From a bacterium (GTDB lineage: Bacteria; Patescibacteriota; Patescibacteriia; UBA10025): a DNA stretch of 64,000 nucleotides. Below, piece by piece: positions 35,216-44,539 of the stretch. Under the pieces are notes generated by a model. That model did no database searches. It was not told the DNA's origin and saw only the letters and a program-made list of their open reading frames with translations. The stretch lies in assembly GCA_021815445.1 (NCBI GenBank), contig JAKAGM010000001.1:531710-595709 (forward strand). The letters are read 5' to 3'. The translations under genes were made by a program, and so were the position numbers. The stretch's first letter is position 1. The number at the start of each line of letters is the position of its first letter.

Positions 35216-37909
35216 TTAATCCTTTGTCCGGATCCTGAAGAACAAAAATTTCGTCAGTTCTATTGAAACGACAACTGCGCAAGCGATCAAGACTATGACA
35301 AGCCATTGGTTACTATTGAGCGGGACCGTGTGAAGGATTTTTTGCATAAAAGGCGTATAGACGGCGATTAATTGCATCAGCAGGCCGCCGCCGACGGTGT
35401 AGATTAGGGCCCTGTTGGCAAAAAGGCTCGTCCGCCAGACAGGAACGCGGAGAGAACGGATACTGAACACGTAAAAAAGCGAATTGACCGCCAAGCCGGT
35501 GAATGCCATTGTCCGGGCAAGGTCGATGTTTTGGGTCACTTTGAGCACGATGAAAAATAGAAGGAATGCCGAAACTCCCGTGACAACGCTGATCAGCGAA
35601 ATAATGGACCACATTCCGGATGTAATAATCGGTTCGCGGCGGGAGATGGGTTTTTCGGTCATCACATTGCTGTCTGACGGCTCAAGCGCCAAGGCAATAT
35701 AGGAAAAGCCGTGGGTGACGAGGTTAATCCATAAAATCTGGGAGGCGAGAATCGGCAGGGGAAATCCTTTGTATATCGTGACACCCAAAAAAAGTCCCAG
35801 CGTGATGGTAATCATCTCGTTGAAACTGTCCGACATGAGGAAGAGGATAACTTTCCTGATATTCTGGTAAATAATCCTCCCCTCCTCCACTGCGCGCACG
35901 ATTGTCGTGAAGCGATTGTCCAGGAGGACAATGTCCGCGGTTTCTTTCGCGACATCAGTCCCTGAACCGAGTGCGATGCCTATATCAGCGGCTTTGAGCG
36001 CCGGAGCGTCATTGACCCCGTCGCCTGTCATTGCGACGACTTCGCTTTGGCGCTGGAGCGCGCCGACGATGCGAAGTTTATCTGAGGGGTTTACTCGGGC
36101 ATATACCGAGATTTCTTTCACCCGCCTGTCCAGCTCATCCTGCGGTAATTTTTCCAGGCGGAATCCTTCTATGACATTCTCTTCCGATGCAGGGAGATGA
36201 AGTTCGCTCGCTATAGCCGTCGCCGTGAAACGATGGTCTCCCGTAATCATCACGGGCCGGATGCCGGCGCGAAGACACAGCTCGATGGTCTCGCGCGAAT
36301 CCGAACGCAAAGGATCCTTCATGGCCATAAAGCCGACTAGCGTCATTTTTGCCGTAAGATCGCTGTGCGCCTCAATATGCTCGAAATGCGAATCGACGCG
36401 CTTGTATCCGACTGCCAACAAACGAAGTCCTTCACGGGACAGTCCTTTGTATTCCCCTTCAAGCCGGGTGCGAACTGCAGGGGTCAGCGCCATTTCCTTT
36501 CCGTCTGCCTCTAGCGTCGTTGACGAGTCGAGCATAATCTCCGGAGCGCCTTTGATGAAAAGTATCCTTCCGTTATTCTCTTCTGTGTGCAATGTGACCA
36601 TGTACTTTCTTTGGGCGTCAAAAGGATACTCCTCGAGACGCGGATATTCACGGGCAAGCGCTCGTTGTTGAAGTCCGGCCTGGGAGGCCGCATAAACAAG
36701 CGCCTGCTCCGTCGGCGTGCCGCGAATGACCCGGTGTTCAAAGGCCGCTTCGGGGTTTTGGATCACCGCGTTGGAGCACAACATGCCTATCTTCAGCGCC
36801 AGGAAATAGCTCGGATTTCCACCCATGCCGCCGTCGGCATGTAGCGGCATCCCCTCCATCACCGTATGGCGGTCGTGGGTGATTACCTTCGTGACCCGCA
36901 TGACACCTTCAGTCAGCGTCCCGGTCTTGTCGGCGCAAATGACCGTCGTGGACCCCAGCGTTTCCGCTGCGACAAGCTTCCGCACGAGCGACCCCTGCTT
37001 GAGGATTCGCTGCATACCTATGGCGAGAATCACTGTCACAACGACGGCAAGTCCTTCGGGGATCGCCGCAACGGTAAGCGCGACTGCCGTAGTGAACATT
37101 TCCTCAAAACTGTACCCGAGCGCGATACCGATGAAAAAAATCACCAGGCTGATTCCGATAATCACCATGCCGAGAACCCGCCCAAAAGAGGTAAGTTTGT
37201 GCTGGAGAGGAGTCGGTTCATCATTTGTCGATTCGAGTAGGGTGGCAATTTTTCCGAGCTCTGTCGCCCTGCCGGTGGCGATGACCATCCCTTCTCCCGT
37301 GCCGCGAATGACCGTCGTACCGAAAAAGGCGCAATTTTTTCTCTCAGGGAGAGTGACAGCGCTGGGAAGAAGTTTATTCGTTTTTTCCACCTGTACCGAT
37401 TCACCGGTAAGCGTCGATTCATCGACTTTCAGGTCGGATATTTTTGTTAGGCGAATATCAGCTGGGACTTTGTACCCGGCACGGAGAATTACCATGTCGC
37501 CGACGACGATGTCCCGGGTGTCAATCTCCCGCTCATGCCCGTCCCGACGGACAACTGTGGTGAAGGTGGCAACCTTATGGAGATTTTCAAGCGCATGCTC
37601 GGCGCGGAATTCCTGGATAAACCCGATAATCACGTTGAGCGCTATAGCTGCGCAGATTACATAGCCATCGACAAAATCCTTTAGTAGGAAACTAACGGCC
37701 ATCGCCACCAGAAGGATGATGATGAGCGAACTTTGGAACTGCCGCAAAAAGATTTTGAGTGCCGAAAATCGCTTCTGCTGAGGAAGCAAATTCTCTCCAA
37801 AACGGCTCCTCCGGCGGACAATTTGTCCTTCCGTCAAACCCTTGGATGTCGCATGCAATTCCTCAAATGCTTTTTCTATTGAGAGGTTGTGCCATGCTGT
37901 AGCTGCCAT
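35216..37909 (-). CDS. P-type cation-transporting ATPase (type II, Ca2+-like)
   Basis: TGES, PEGL, DKTGTLT, KGAPE, GDGVND. Confidence 0.95.
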   Translation of the reverse strand: MAATAWHNLSIEKAFEELHATSKGLTEGQIVRRRSRFGENLLPQQKRFSALKIFLRQFQSSLIIILLVAMAVSFLLKDFVDGYVICAAIALNVIIGFIQEFRAEHALENLHKVATFTTVVRRDGHEREIDTRDIVVGDMVILRAGYKVPADIRLTKISDLKVDESTLTGESVQVEKTNKLLPSAVTLPERKNCAFFGTTVIRGTGEGMVIATGRATELGKIATLLESTNDEPTPLQHKLTSFGRVLGMVIIGISLVIFFIGIALGYSFEEMFTTAVALTVAAIPEGLAVVVTVILAIGMQRILKQGSLVRKLVAAETLGSTTVICADKTGTLTEGVMRVTKVITHDRHTVMEGMPLHADGGMGGNPSYFLALKIGMLCSNAVIQNPEAAFEHRVIRGTPTEQALVYAASQAGLQQRALAREYPRLEEYPFDAQRKYMVTLHTEENNGRILFIKGAPEIMLDSSTTLEADGKEMALTPAVRTRLEGEYKGLSREGLRLLAVGYKRVDSHFEHIEAHSDLTAKMTLVGFMAMKDPLRSDSRETIELCLRAGIRPVMITGDHRFTATAIASELHLPASEENVIEGFRLEKLPQDELDRRVKEISVYARVNPSDKLRIVGALQRQSEVVAMTGDGVNDAPALKAADIGIALGSGTDVAKETADIVLLDNRFTTIVRAVEEGRIIYQNIRKVILFLMSDSFNEMITITLGLFLGVTIYKGFPLPILASQILWINLVTHGFSYIALALEPSDSNVMTEKPISRREPIITSGMWSIISLISVVTGVSAFLLFFIVLKVTQNIDLARTMAFTGLAVNSLFYVFSIRSLRVPVWRTSLFANRALIYTVGGGLLMQLIAVYTPFMQKILHTVPLNSNQWLVIVLIACAVVVSIELTKFLFFRIRTKD

Positions 37910-38006
37910 ATACTGCAGTATACCAGAGAATGTGCACTCGGATAAACAATAGCGACCCCGCACAGAGCGGGGCCGCTATAGGAAAGTATAGTGAATATAC
38001 TACCGG

Positions 38007-38375
38007 CTAGGTGGTGACGTTTGTAGCAGTGCCCACGACAAAGATAACAATAGCCCATGCAAGCAGAACAACGACAAGACCAATGAGCGCTGAAGTAATA
38101 ATTTTCTTTGCGGTGGAAACACGCTCTTCGTTGCCTCCTGCAGTCATCCACATGAAACCGCCGTACAGCATGAAGATGACGGCAATCAGTCCGAGAAGCC
38201 CGAGGATCCACTGGATAATTTTGATTACGGTTGATTTCAGATCCGCAGTGCCGAGGCCAAACGTGCTCCCGAGATTGGTATCAATGAGACCGTTCCCGAG
38301 TGCGTGAGTCATAAGAGGTATTGTCAGGACTGTAACAGCCAAGAGGAGCCCGAACACGTACCTTTGTTTTTTCAT
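38007..38375 (-). CDS. Pilin-like protein (TrbC/VirB2-type, common in CPR)
   Basis: YGGFMWMTAGGNEERV..AKK.I..ALIGL motif; signal peptide. Confidence 0.85.
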   Translation of the reverse strand: MKKQRYVFGLLLAVTVLTIPLMTHALGNGLIDTNLGSTFGLGTADLKSTVIKIIQWILGLLGLIAVIFMLYGGFMWMTAGGNEERVSTAKKIITSALIGLVVVLLAWAIVIFVVGTATNVTT

Positions 38376-38524
38376 AGTGATATTTAGGTCAGAAATTGGA
38401 TATGTTGCGTAAAAAGGGATCGACCTTTTCTCTGTCTCTAGTATAATCTTTTGAGCCGATATGTCAATATCCTCCGCTGCAGCGGAAAAGACTCATTCCG
38501 CGTGTTCAGAAACTATCGTGACGG

Positions 38525-38614
38525 CTAGAATTTCTTTCTCGTATACAAATAAATCCCCCCTAAAAAAATGAGGAGAAGCAGTAGGACGAATATTTGGCCG
38601 CCGCCGAGATTCAT
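38525..38614 (-). CDS. 29-aa single-TM micro-protein
   Basis: Hand translation MNLGGGQIFVLLLLLIFLGGIYLYTRKKF. Confidence 0.5.
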   Translation of the reverse strand: MNLGGGQIFVLLLLLIFLGGIYLYTRKKF

Positions 38615-38728
38615 ACTTGACTGTGTTTATAATAGTCGTAACAACATCCAGTGTACCAGAATTTTGCCCTCCAGCACAATACCCAAAAAACCCTTGAGGG
38701 GCTTGTGGATCTTTGATCCTTTACAATT

Positions 38729-38800
38729 TGCGTCCAGGAGGGCTCGAACCTCCAACCTTAGGCTTAAAAGGCCTCTGCTCTACCATTGAGCTATGGACGC
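38729..38800 (-). tRNA. tRNA-Lys(TTT), CCA not encoded
   Basis: GCGTCCA acceptor, AGCTCAATGGTAGAGC D-arm, CTTTTAA loop, GGTTCGAGCCC T-arm. Confidence 0.93.
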
Positions 38801-38831
38801 AAATTGTAAACGATCAGGTAAAAAATATCTT

Positions 38832-38934
38832 AACCTTAGGTCCCGGCCCCGCTTCCTGCGGGGCCGCGGATCCTCGATCCCGTCGCGGGGTCGGGACTTA
38901 AAAGGCCTCTGCTCTACCATTGAGCTATGGACGC
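38832..38934 (-). pseudogene. Truncated tRNA-Lys(TTT) copy with 56-nt palindromic insertion (38841-38896)
   Basis: Identical to the intact tRNA from the 5' end to the variable loop apart from the insert; no T-arm or 3' acceptor strand. Confidence 0.8.
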
Positions 38935-38992
38935 ACAGTAATAGTTTGAATTGTAATTTACCGGCGAACAAACGCAAGGCGATGCGGGCGGG

Positions 38993-39028
38993 TAAGAGGC
39001 CTCTGCTCTACCATTGAGCTAACGACCC
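38993..39028 (-). pseudogene. 5' half of tRNA-Lys(CTT)
   Basis: GGGTCGTTAGCTCAATGGTAGAGCAGAGGCCTCTTA, then unrelated GC-rich sequence. Confidence 0.75.
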
Positions 39029-39083
39029 GGAAAATAATTGTACTAACCTGTCAATGAAGTTGCTTACGGACAAACACATCGCG

Positions 39084-39647
39084 CTAATTACCCCTTTGTC
39101 GCGTTGTTCGTTGAGCTTCGCGATCGCGAAGTTTGAGGAATACCTGGCGGGTGGTCTGAACGTCTGCCAACGCTCGGTGGGCCTCAGGCTGAGGAACTTT
39201 GAGATACCGTGCGACATTTTCTAATGTGTACCGGGGGAGAAGCAAATGACGGCGGGCAAGTTCGAGCGTATCTATGGTAGGATGGGCCAGCGGCGCCCGT
39301 GAAAGACGCACAAGATGAGAATTCAGGAACGAAAGGTCAAAGGAGATATTGTGCCCTACTAGGACGGCATTATCAATGAACATGACAAAATCGTCAATGA
39401 TGTCGTCCATATTCTTTCCCTCCCTTTCCAGAAGTTCCTGCGATATACCGTGCACCGCCTCGGCTTCGGCAGATGACGGGCGGCTGGGGCGGACAAGCGA
39501 GTGAAAGGTGGAAATAACTTCATCTTCCCGCATGCGCTCAGCGGCAATTTCAATGATTTCATCTCCGTTTTGGGGATTGAACCCTGTCGTCTCGACGTCG
39601 ACGATGACATAGTGTTGCAGGTCTTTTTTTTCCTTGCGGGAAGTCAT
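39084..39647 (-). CDS. DEDDh 3'-5' exonuclease (DnaQ-like)
   Basis: DVETTG, GHN..FD, HRALAD. Confidence 0.92.
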   Translation of the reverse strand: MTSRKEKKDLQHYVIVDVETTGFNPQNGDEIIEIAAERMREDEVISTFHSLVRPSRPSSAEAEAVHGISQELLEREGKNMDDIIDDFVMFIDNAVLVGHNISFDLSFLNSHLVRLSRAPLAHPTIDTLELARRHLLLPRYTLENVARYLKVPQPEAHRALADVQTTRQVFLKLRDREAQRTTRQRGN

Positions 39648-39776
39648 AGTAGTCGAATTGTAGCAAAATACGGCGGAAAGGCAAGAGAGTGGATAATGTG
39701 TGAACAGAACGTCGTGGCACTGCCTTGATAGTCATTCGACAGTCATGGTACGATGACGGGCACATTGGAACCATCT

Positions 39777-41144
39777 ATGCCTGACGAAATTATCGGCAAA
39801 CTTCCACCGCAAAACCTGGAGGCAGAACAGTCAGTTCTGGGGTCTTTGCTTATTGACCGCGATGCGATTATCCGGATCTCCGACTTCCTCACTGAGGACG
39901 ACTTTTACGCTGACAAACACAGGATTATCTTCTCGGCGATGATTGACTTGTACCGGCAGCATGAGCCGATAGACTTACTCTCACTCTCCAATAGACTCAG
40001 TGAACTTAAGAAGCTCGATGAGATCGGCGGCAGAAGCTATTTGACCACGCTGACGACCGTCGTCCCGACTTCCTCGCACATCGTATCATACGCCCAGATC
40101 GTCCAGCGCAAATCGACGCTCCGCCGCCTGATTCAGACAGCCGCCGACATCACGAAGCTCGGATATCAAGAAGACGCTAATATCGAGAACACGCTCGACC
40201 AAGCGGAACAAAAATTATTCGGTGTTTCCCAGAAATACATCAAGAGAAATTTTGTCGCCCTTCGCGACGTGCTCTCTGATGCTTTTGAGCGCATTGACGA
40301 GGTGCACAGGGAGTCTGGAAAACTCCGCGGCGTGCCGACGGGATTTCACGACCTGGACAACCTCCTCGCCGGCCTTCAGAAATCTGATTTGATCATCCTT
40401 GCCGCGCGCCCGTCAGTGGGAAAAACATCGCTGGCTCTGGATATCATGCGCAACGTTGCAACGACGGCTAAAGTGCCAGTCGGCCTCTTCAGTCTTGAAA
40501 TGTCAAAGGAGCAGATGGTTGACCGTCTCCTCTGCGCGACGGCAAACGTCGATTTGTGGAAGATGCGGACGGGCCATCTCTCGGACGAGGAAGATTTCAA
40601 AAATATCGGCCACGCCATGGGCGTGCTCTCTGAATCTCCGATATATATCGACGACTCTGCGTCATCAAACGTCATGGAGATCCGCACAAAAGCCCGACGC
40701 CTGCAGGCGGAGCACGGAGTCGGCCTCCTGATCGTTGATTACCTCCAACTGATGCAGGGCAGGGAGCAATATACCGAGAACCGCGTGCAGGAGATTTCGG
40801 AAATTACCCGCGAGTTGAAAGGCATTGCCCGCGAGTTGAATATCCCCGTCCTAGCGCTTTCCCAGCTCTCCCGCGCCGTCGAGGCCCAGAATCCCCCAAT
40901 TCCGCGCCTGGCGCATCTCCGGGAGTCTGGATCCATAGAACAGGACGCTGATATCGTAATGTTCATCTACCGCGAGGCGGTGTACAAACGGGACATTGCC
41001 CCTGAACGGAAAAATATCGCCGAAATCCACATAGCGAAACATCGTAACGGGCCGACAGGCGTCATCCAGCTCCATTTCAATGAAGCGCGGGCGAGTTTCA
41101 GTAACCTTGAGACTAAGTTTCAGGCCCCGCAACAGCCGTTTTAA
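39777..41144 (+). CDS. dnaB: Replicative DNA helicase DnaB
   Basis: PPQNLEAE, AARPSVGKT, DYLQLM, LRESGSIEQDAD. Confidence 0.98.
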   Translation: MPDEIIGKLPPQNLEAEQSVLGSLLIDRDAIIRISDFLTEDDFYADKHRIIFSAMIDLYRQHEPIDLLSLSNRLSELKKLDEIGGRSYLTTLTTVVPTSSHIVSYAQIVQRKSTLRRLIQTAADITKLGYQEDANIENTLDQAEQKLFGVSQKYIKRNFVALRDVLSDAFERIDEVHRESGKLRGVPTGFHDLDNLLAGLQKSDLIILAARPSVGKTSLALDIMRNVATTAKVPVGLFSLEMSKEQMVDRLLCATANVDLWKMRTGHLSDEEDFKNIGHAMGVLSESPIYIDDSASSNVMEIRTKARRLQAEHGVGLLIVDYLQLMQGREQYTENRVQEISEITRELKGIARELNIPVLALSQLSRAVEAQNPPIPRLAHLRESGSIEQDADIVMFIYREAVYKRDIAPERKNIAEIHIAKHRNGPTGVIQLHFNEARASFSNLETKFQAPQQPF

Positions 41145-41152
41145 AAAAATCT

Positions 41153-41443
41153 ATGTTTGATAAAATGAAACAGCTTAATGATTTACGGGTTCAGGCTCAC
41201 CGGCTCAAGGATTCCCTTGGCCAAAAGAGAATCACGGGCACGGCGCTCGACGGCCGCGTCGAAATAGTAATGAACGGCAATCACGAAGTCTTGTCGACGA
41301 CTATCGACCAGGGGCTTCTCACTCCGGAGAGCAAGACAAAGCTTGAAGAGGCCCTCTCCGAAGCGACAAACCACGCCTTGCAAGAAATACAGCAGGTAAT
41401 AGCCCAGACGATGAGAGAGTTCGGCGGATTTCCCGGGTTATAA
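41153..41443 (+). CDS. YbaB/EbfC nucleoid-associated protein
   Basis: Size, G.V...MNG motif, position upstream of recR. Confidence 0.85.
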   Translation: MFDKMKQLNDLRVQAHRLKDSLGQKRITGTALDGRVEIVMNGNHEVLSTTIDQGLLTPESKTKLEEALSEATNHALQEIQQVIAQTMREFGGFPGL

Positions 41444-41445
41444 TC

Positions 41446-42051
41446 ATGCCAAAATACCCAAAACCGATCCAAGAACTCGTCGACAGTTTCAGGACACTGC
41501 CGGGCGTCGGGGCGAAATCCGCCGAACGTTTTGTATTTCGCCTGCTCCAGCTCCCTGCAGATAAACGGTCTGCATTTGCTAAGCGCATTATGGAGCTGAC
41601 GGATGTCATTAAACAATGCACTGAGTGCGGGCGATTTGACGTCCAGACCCCGTGCTCAATCTGCGGCAATGGAAAACGGGACCACACAACCATCTGCGTC
41701 GTAGCGGAGCCCCAGGACGTTGAAGCAATTGAAAAAACGGGAGAATTCAGCGGTGTTTACCACTTGCTCGGCGGTACGTTGAACCCGCTTGAAGGGATAG
41801 GCCCCGACAAACTTGCAATTGAAAAGCTCGTGGCCAGAATAAAAAAGCAATCTCCGCGGGTACAAGAGGTGATTATCGCCACTAACCCCGACCTTGAGGG
41901 CGAATCTACGGCGCTCTACCTTACACGTGCTCTCAAACCTCTGAAGGTCAAGGTGACCAGGCCAGCCAAAGGCCTGCCGATGGGATCAAGCATAGAGTAC
42001 GCCGACGAGCTGACGCTATCCAGCGCCCTAAAAGAGCGCAAAGAGATGTAA
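41446..42051 (+). CDS. recR: Recombination protein RecR
   Basis: LPGVGAKSA, C4 zinc finger, Toprim EVIIATN...EGE. Confidence 0.97.
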   Translation: MPKYPKPIQELVDSFRTLPGVGAKSAERFVFRLLQLPADKRSAFAKRIMELTDVIKQCTECGRFDVQTPCSICGNGKRDHTTICVVAEPQDVEAIEKTGEFSGVYHLLGGTLNPLEGIGPDKLAIEKLVARIKKQSPRVQEVIIATNPDLEGESTALYLTRALKPLKVKVTRPAKGLPMGSSIEYADELTLSSALKERKEM

Positions 42052-42107
42052 TATTTGCTCAGAAATGAACCAAAAAGCGATGGATTTATTCCATCGCTTT
42101 TTTGAAA

Positions 42108-42419
42108 TTATGCTGTAGGGATTTTTGTGATGCGGACTCTCGTGAGGTACTGCCGATGTCCCTTATGCCTTTTATAACGAACCTTGGATTTGAACTTAAC
42201 TATGCTGACTTTCTTATCCCGATAATGGTCGACGACCTCGCCGGCAACTTTTACCCCGAGTTCCGGCGTGCCGACCGCCGCCTTATCACCGTCAGCGATA
42301 AGGAGCACATGGGAAAAAGACACGGCCTTGGTCTTTTCCGGCAGCCGTTCGAAAGAGACGACATCGCCTTCTTTGACTTTATACTGTTTTCCGGATGTAG
42401 CAATAATGGCAAACTTCAT
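42108..42419 (-). CDS. rplU: 50S ribosomal protein L21
   Basis: GKQYKV, GHRQ. Confidence 0.95.
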   Translation of the reverse strand: MKFAIIATSGKQYKVKEGDVVSFERLPEKTKAVSFSHVLLIADGDKAAVGTPELGVKVAGEVVDHYRDKKVSIVKFKSKVRYKRHKGHRQYLTRVRITKIPTA

Positions 42420-42517
42420 ATATTTGTAGACTGATGGTAGCAAGCCGCATCCCGGCTGTCAAGCATTGTCTTGAGAGCCCCGGGACATTACTGATAGCGC
42501 GAATGCTCAGGCGCCGC

Positions 42518-43015
42518 CTACTTTGTGCCCGCAAGATCAATAATAATCTCGTCACCCACCTCGAGACCGACTGATTTGCTAAAACCAGACCGTGTTTCTA
42601 AAACATAATCACTCATCTCGGCTGGCGTATACACGGCGGGCTCTTCCCCCGCTTTGGGGGCAGGAGCGTTGGCTTGGATTCGAACAACCTTATTATTATC
42701 GATCCAAATAATATCAATTGGGAAATTCATGCCGCGCATGGTGAAAGGGTATATTCCTTCTTTGCCAAAACTGAAAAGCATGCCATGCCCGATAGGAAGC
42801 GACTCTCTGCCTGACAAACCGTGTTCCATGGCTGAGGCAGTCTTGACTACCTCAGCGTTAATGATCTGGCCGTGAATGTTAACTTTTGCGGTCTCATGAA
42901 TGACATCTTTCACATAATACGGTATCTCATCCTTGACCTGGCTCCCGCCGAAATACCAGAACATCACCCCGAAAAAGAGGGCGAAAAAGAGAAAGACAAA
43001 CATGCTTCTATTCAT
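42518..43015 (-). CDS. DUF192 family protein
   Basis: GLSGR, GMLF.F, M..M.FPIDIIW, YVLE. Confidence 0.9.
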   Translation of the reverse strand: MNRSMFVFLFFALFFGVMFWYFGGSQVKDEIPYYVKDVIHETAKVNIHGQIINAEVVKTASAMEHGLSGRESLPIGHGMLFSFGKEGIYPFTMRGMNFPIDIIWIDNNKVVRIQANAPAPKAGEEPAVYTPAEMSDYVLETRSGFSKSVGLEVGDEIIIDLAGTK

Positions 43016-43072
43016 AGGTCTTGATAATAACGACGAGTGCTTTTATAGTACCACTTCGCGAAAGGAAACAAA

Positions 43073-43237
43073 ATGCCAAATCGCACACTTCGCAGAGGGG
43101 GATCAGTGAGACAGAAGAAAAAGGGCCGTGAAAATCCCTTTAACGCCTATGATGCGGCGCTTGAAACTGCCACCAAAGGCCTGCGCCGGAGACACCAAGA
43201 GGATCTGCTTGAGCAGCTCGCTAACGTTGGGATATGA
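43073..43237 (+). CDS. Possible small protein (54 aa)
   Basis: AAGGA RBS-like sequence; stop overlaps the next start (ATGA). Confidence 0.35.
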   Translation: MPNRTLRRGGSVRQKKKGRENPFNAYDAALETATKGLRRRHQEDLLEQLANVGI

Positions 43238-43395
43238 ATCCGACATTGGCAGAGTTCGATGCACTGATGAGTGAAATCCGCGAAGAGCGGATCAATCGTC
43301 GCCTGGTCAGAAAGGCATTCAATACAGCGAGAGGGGAATACAACAAAGCGCATCCGGGGAAAAAGTTCCTCTTCACGATTGACGAAGCGGAATAG
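43234..43395 (+). CDS. Possible small protein (53 aa)
   Basis: MNPTLAEFDALMSEIREERINRRLVRKAF...; ATGA-coupled to the upstream ORF. Confidence 0.35.
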   Translation: MNPTLAEFDALMSEIREERINRRLVRKAFNTARGEYNKAHPGKKFLFTIDEAE

Positions 43396-43426
43396 CCAGA
43401 AGTTTTAATCTCGCTGGTGGGGACAC

Positions 43427-44539
43427 TCACGTTGTGTCCCTTCTTTTCTTGTACGCGAGAACAAGGACGCCGCCCAATATCAGCATGAGCCCGAACAGGG
43501 CCAGCAAAGAAATAAACTTTTCCCTTCCGTGAAAAAAGAGTCCCGCGACCCCGAAAGCTCCCGTAACCAGGTAGAGAAAAAGCACGGCCTGCCGGTGTGA
43601 CAACCCCGCGTCAAGCAAGCGGAAGTGGAGGTGCTGGCGGTCAGATTGAATGACTGACTTCCGTTGAAACAGCCGCCGGATGATTACCCAGCCCACGTCG
43701 AGGATAGGGATACCAAAAATAAGCAATGCTGTCGCTACCTTGGCTCCTGACATAATAGCGAGCGTCCCGAAGATAAACCCGGTCCACAGACTTCCGCCTT
43801 CTCCGAGGAATACTTTAGCCGGATGGAAATTGAAGAAGAGGAATCCCAGGGCGGCCCCGGCGAGAATCGCCGTCAGAAGGGCGGTCTCCGGCTGGGCAAC
43901 CTCGCGCCCAAGGCTCAGGAAAAAGAGCACGATAGAACCGATGGCAGTGACCCCGGACACAAGCCCGTCGAGCCCGTCGAGAAACTTCGTGGTATACATC
44001 ATACCCATCAGCCAGACGAACGTGAAGAGATCCGCAAAGATAACCAGGTGGTACGGCAGCCCGTTGAGAGAAAAAAGCGTGATACTCAATTGCTCGAGGC
44101 GGATTGTGCCGCCAAACGGGTTCTGGATATACGTGACCCCTATGCCTGACGCGATAATTGTGAATGCTGCGAGCGCAGGCCAGATGATTTGTTTCTTAGC
44201 GGAGAGGTGGAAACGGTCGTCAAGAACCCCGCCAATCATGATAAAAAGGCCGCCGATGGTGATCCCGATAAGATACTTTGGCAGGACATATCCGCCGAGA
44301 ATACGGTGACTGAAGAAAGTGTATGCCGCAAGGATAATTGAAAAGCTGAGAAAAACGGCTACTCCGCCAAGCAGCGGAACGGGTGTCGTGTGTATCCTCC
44401 GGCCGCTGTCGACAGAGGGATAATCCATGATTTTTGCCCGTCTGGCGAGGGCGCGGACGGCCACGGTAAGAAAAACCGACAACACAAGCGCCGAAAGAAA
44501 CGGGACTATATACGAACTTATTGACAGAGAAGCGTTCAT
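43427..44539 (-). CDS. MraY/WecA-family (glycosyltransferase 4) polyprenyl-phosphate transferase
   Basis: P.LGG, LDD, DGLDGL, FNFHPAKVFLG, HLH motifs. Confidence 0.92.
   Translation of the reverse strand: MNASLSISSYIVPFLSALVLSVFLTVAVRALARRAKIMDYPSVDSGRRIHTTPVPLLGGVAVFLSFSIILAAYTFFSHRILGGYVLPKYLIGITIGGLFIMIGGVLDDRFHLSAKKQIIWPALAAFTIIASGIGVTYIQNPFGGTIRLEQLSITLFSLNGLPYHLVIFADLFTFVWLMGMMYTTKFLDGLDGLVSGVTAIGSIVLFFLSLGREVAQPETALLTAILAGAALGFLFFNFHPAKVFLGEGGSLWTGFIFGTLAIMSGAKVATALLIFGIPILDVGWVIIRRLFQRKSVIQSDRQHLHFRLLDAGLSHRQAVLFLYLVTGAFGVAGLFFHGREKFISLLALFGLMLILGGVLVLAYKKRRDTT

Noticed and set aside
38767-39020. Three direct repeats AGGCCTCTGCTCTACCATTGAGCTA as a CRISPR array or phage att site
   Set aside because: They are tRNA 5'-half sequences with irregular long spacers; no cas or integrase gene; att duplications usually involve the 3' end.
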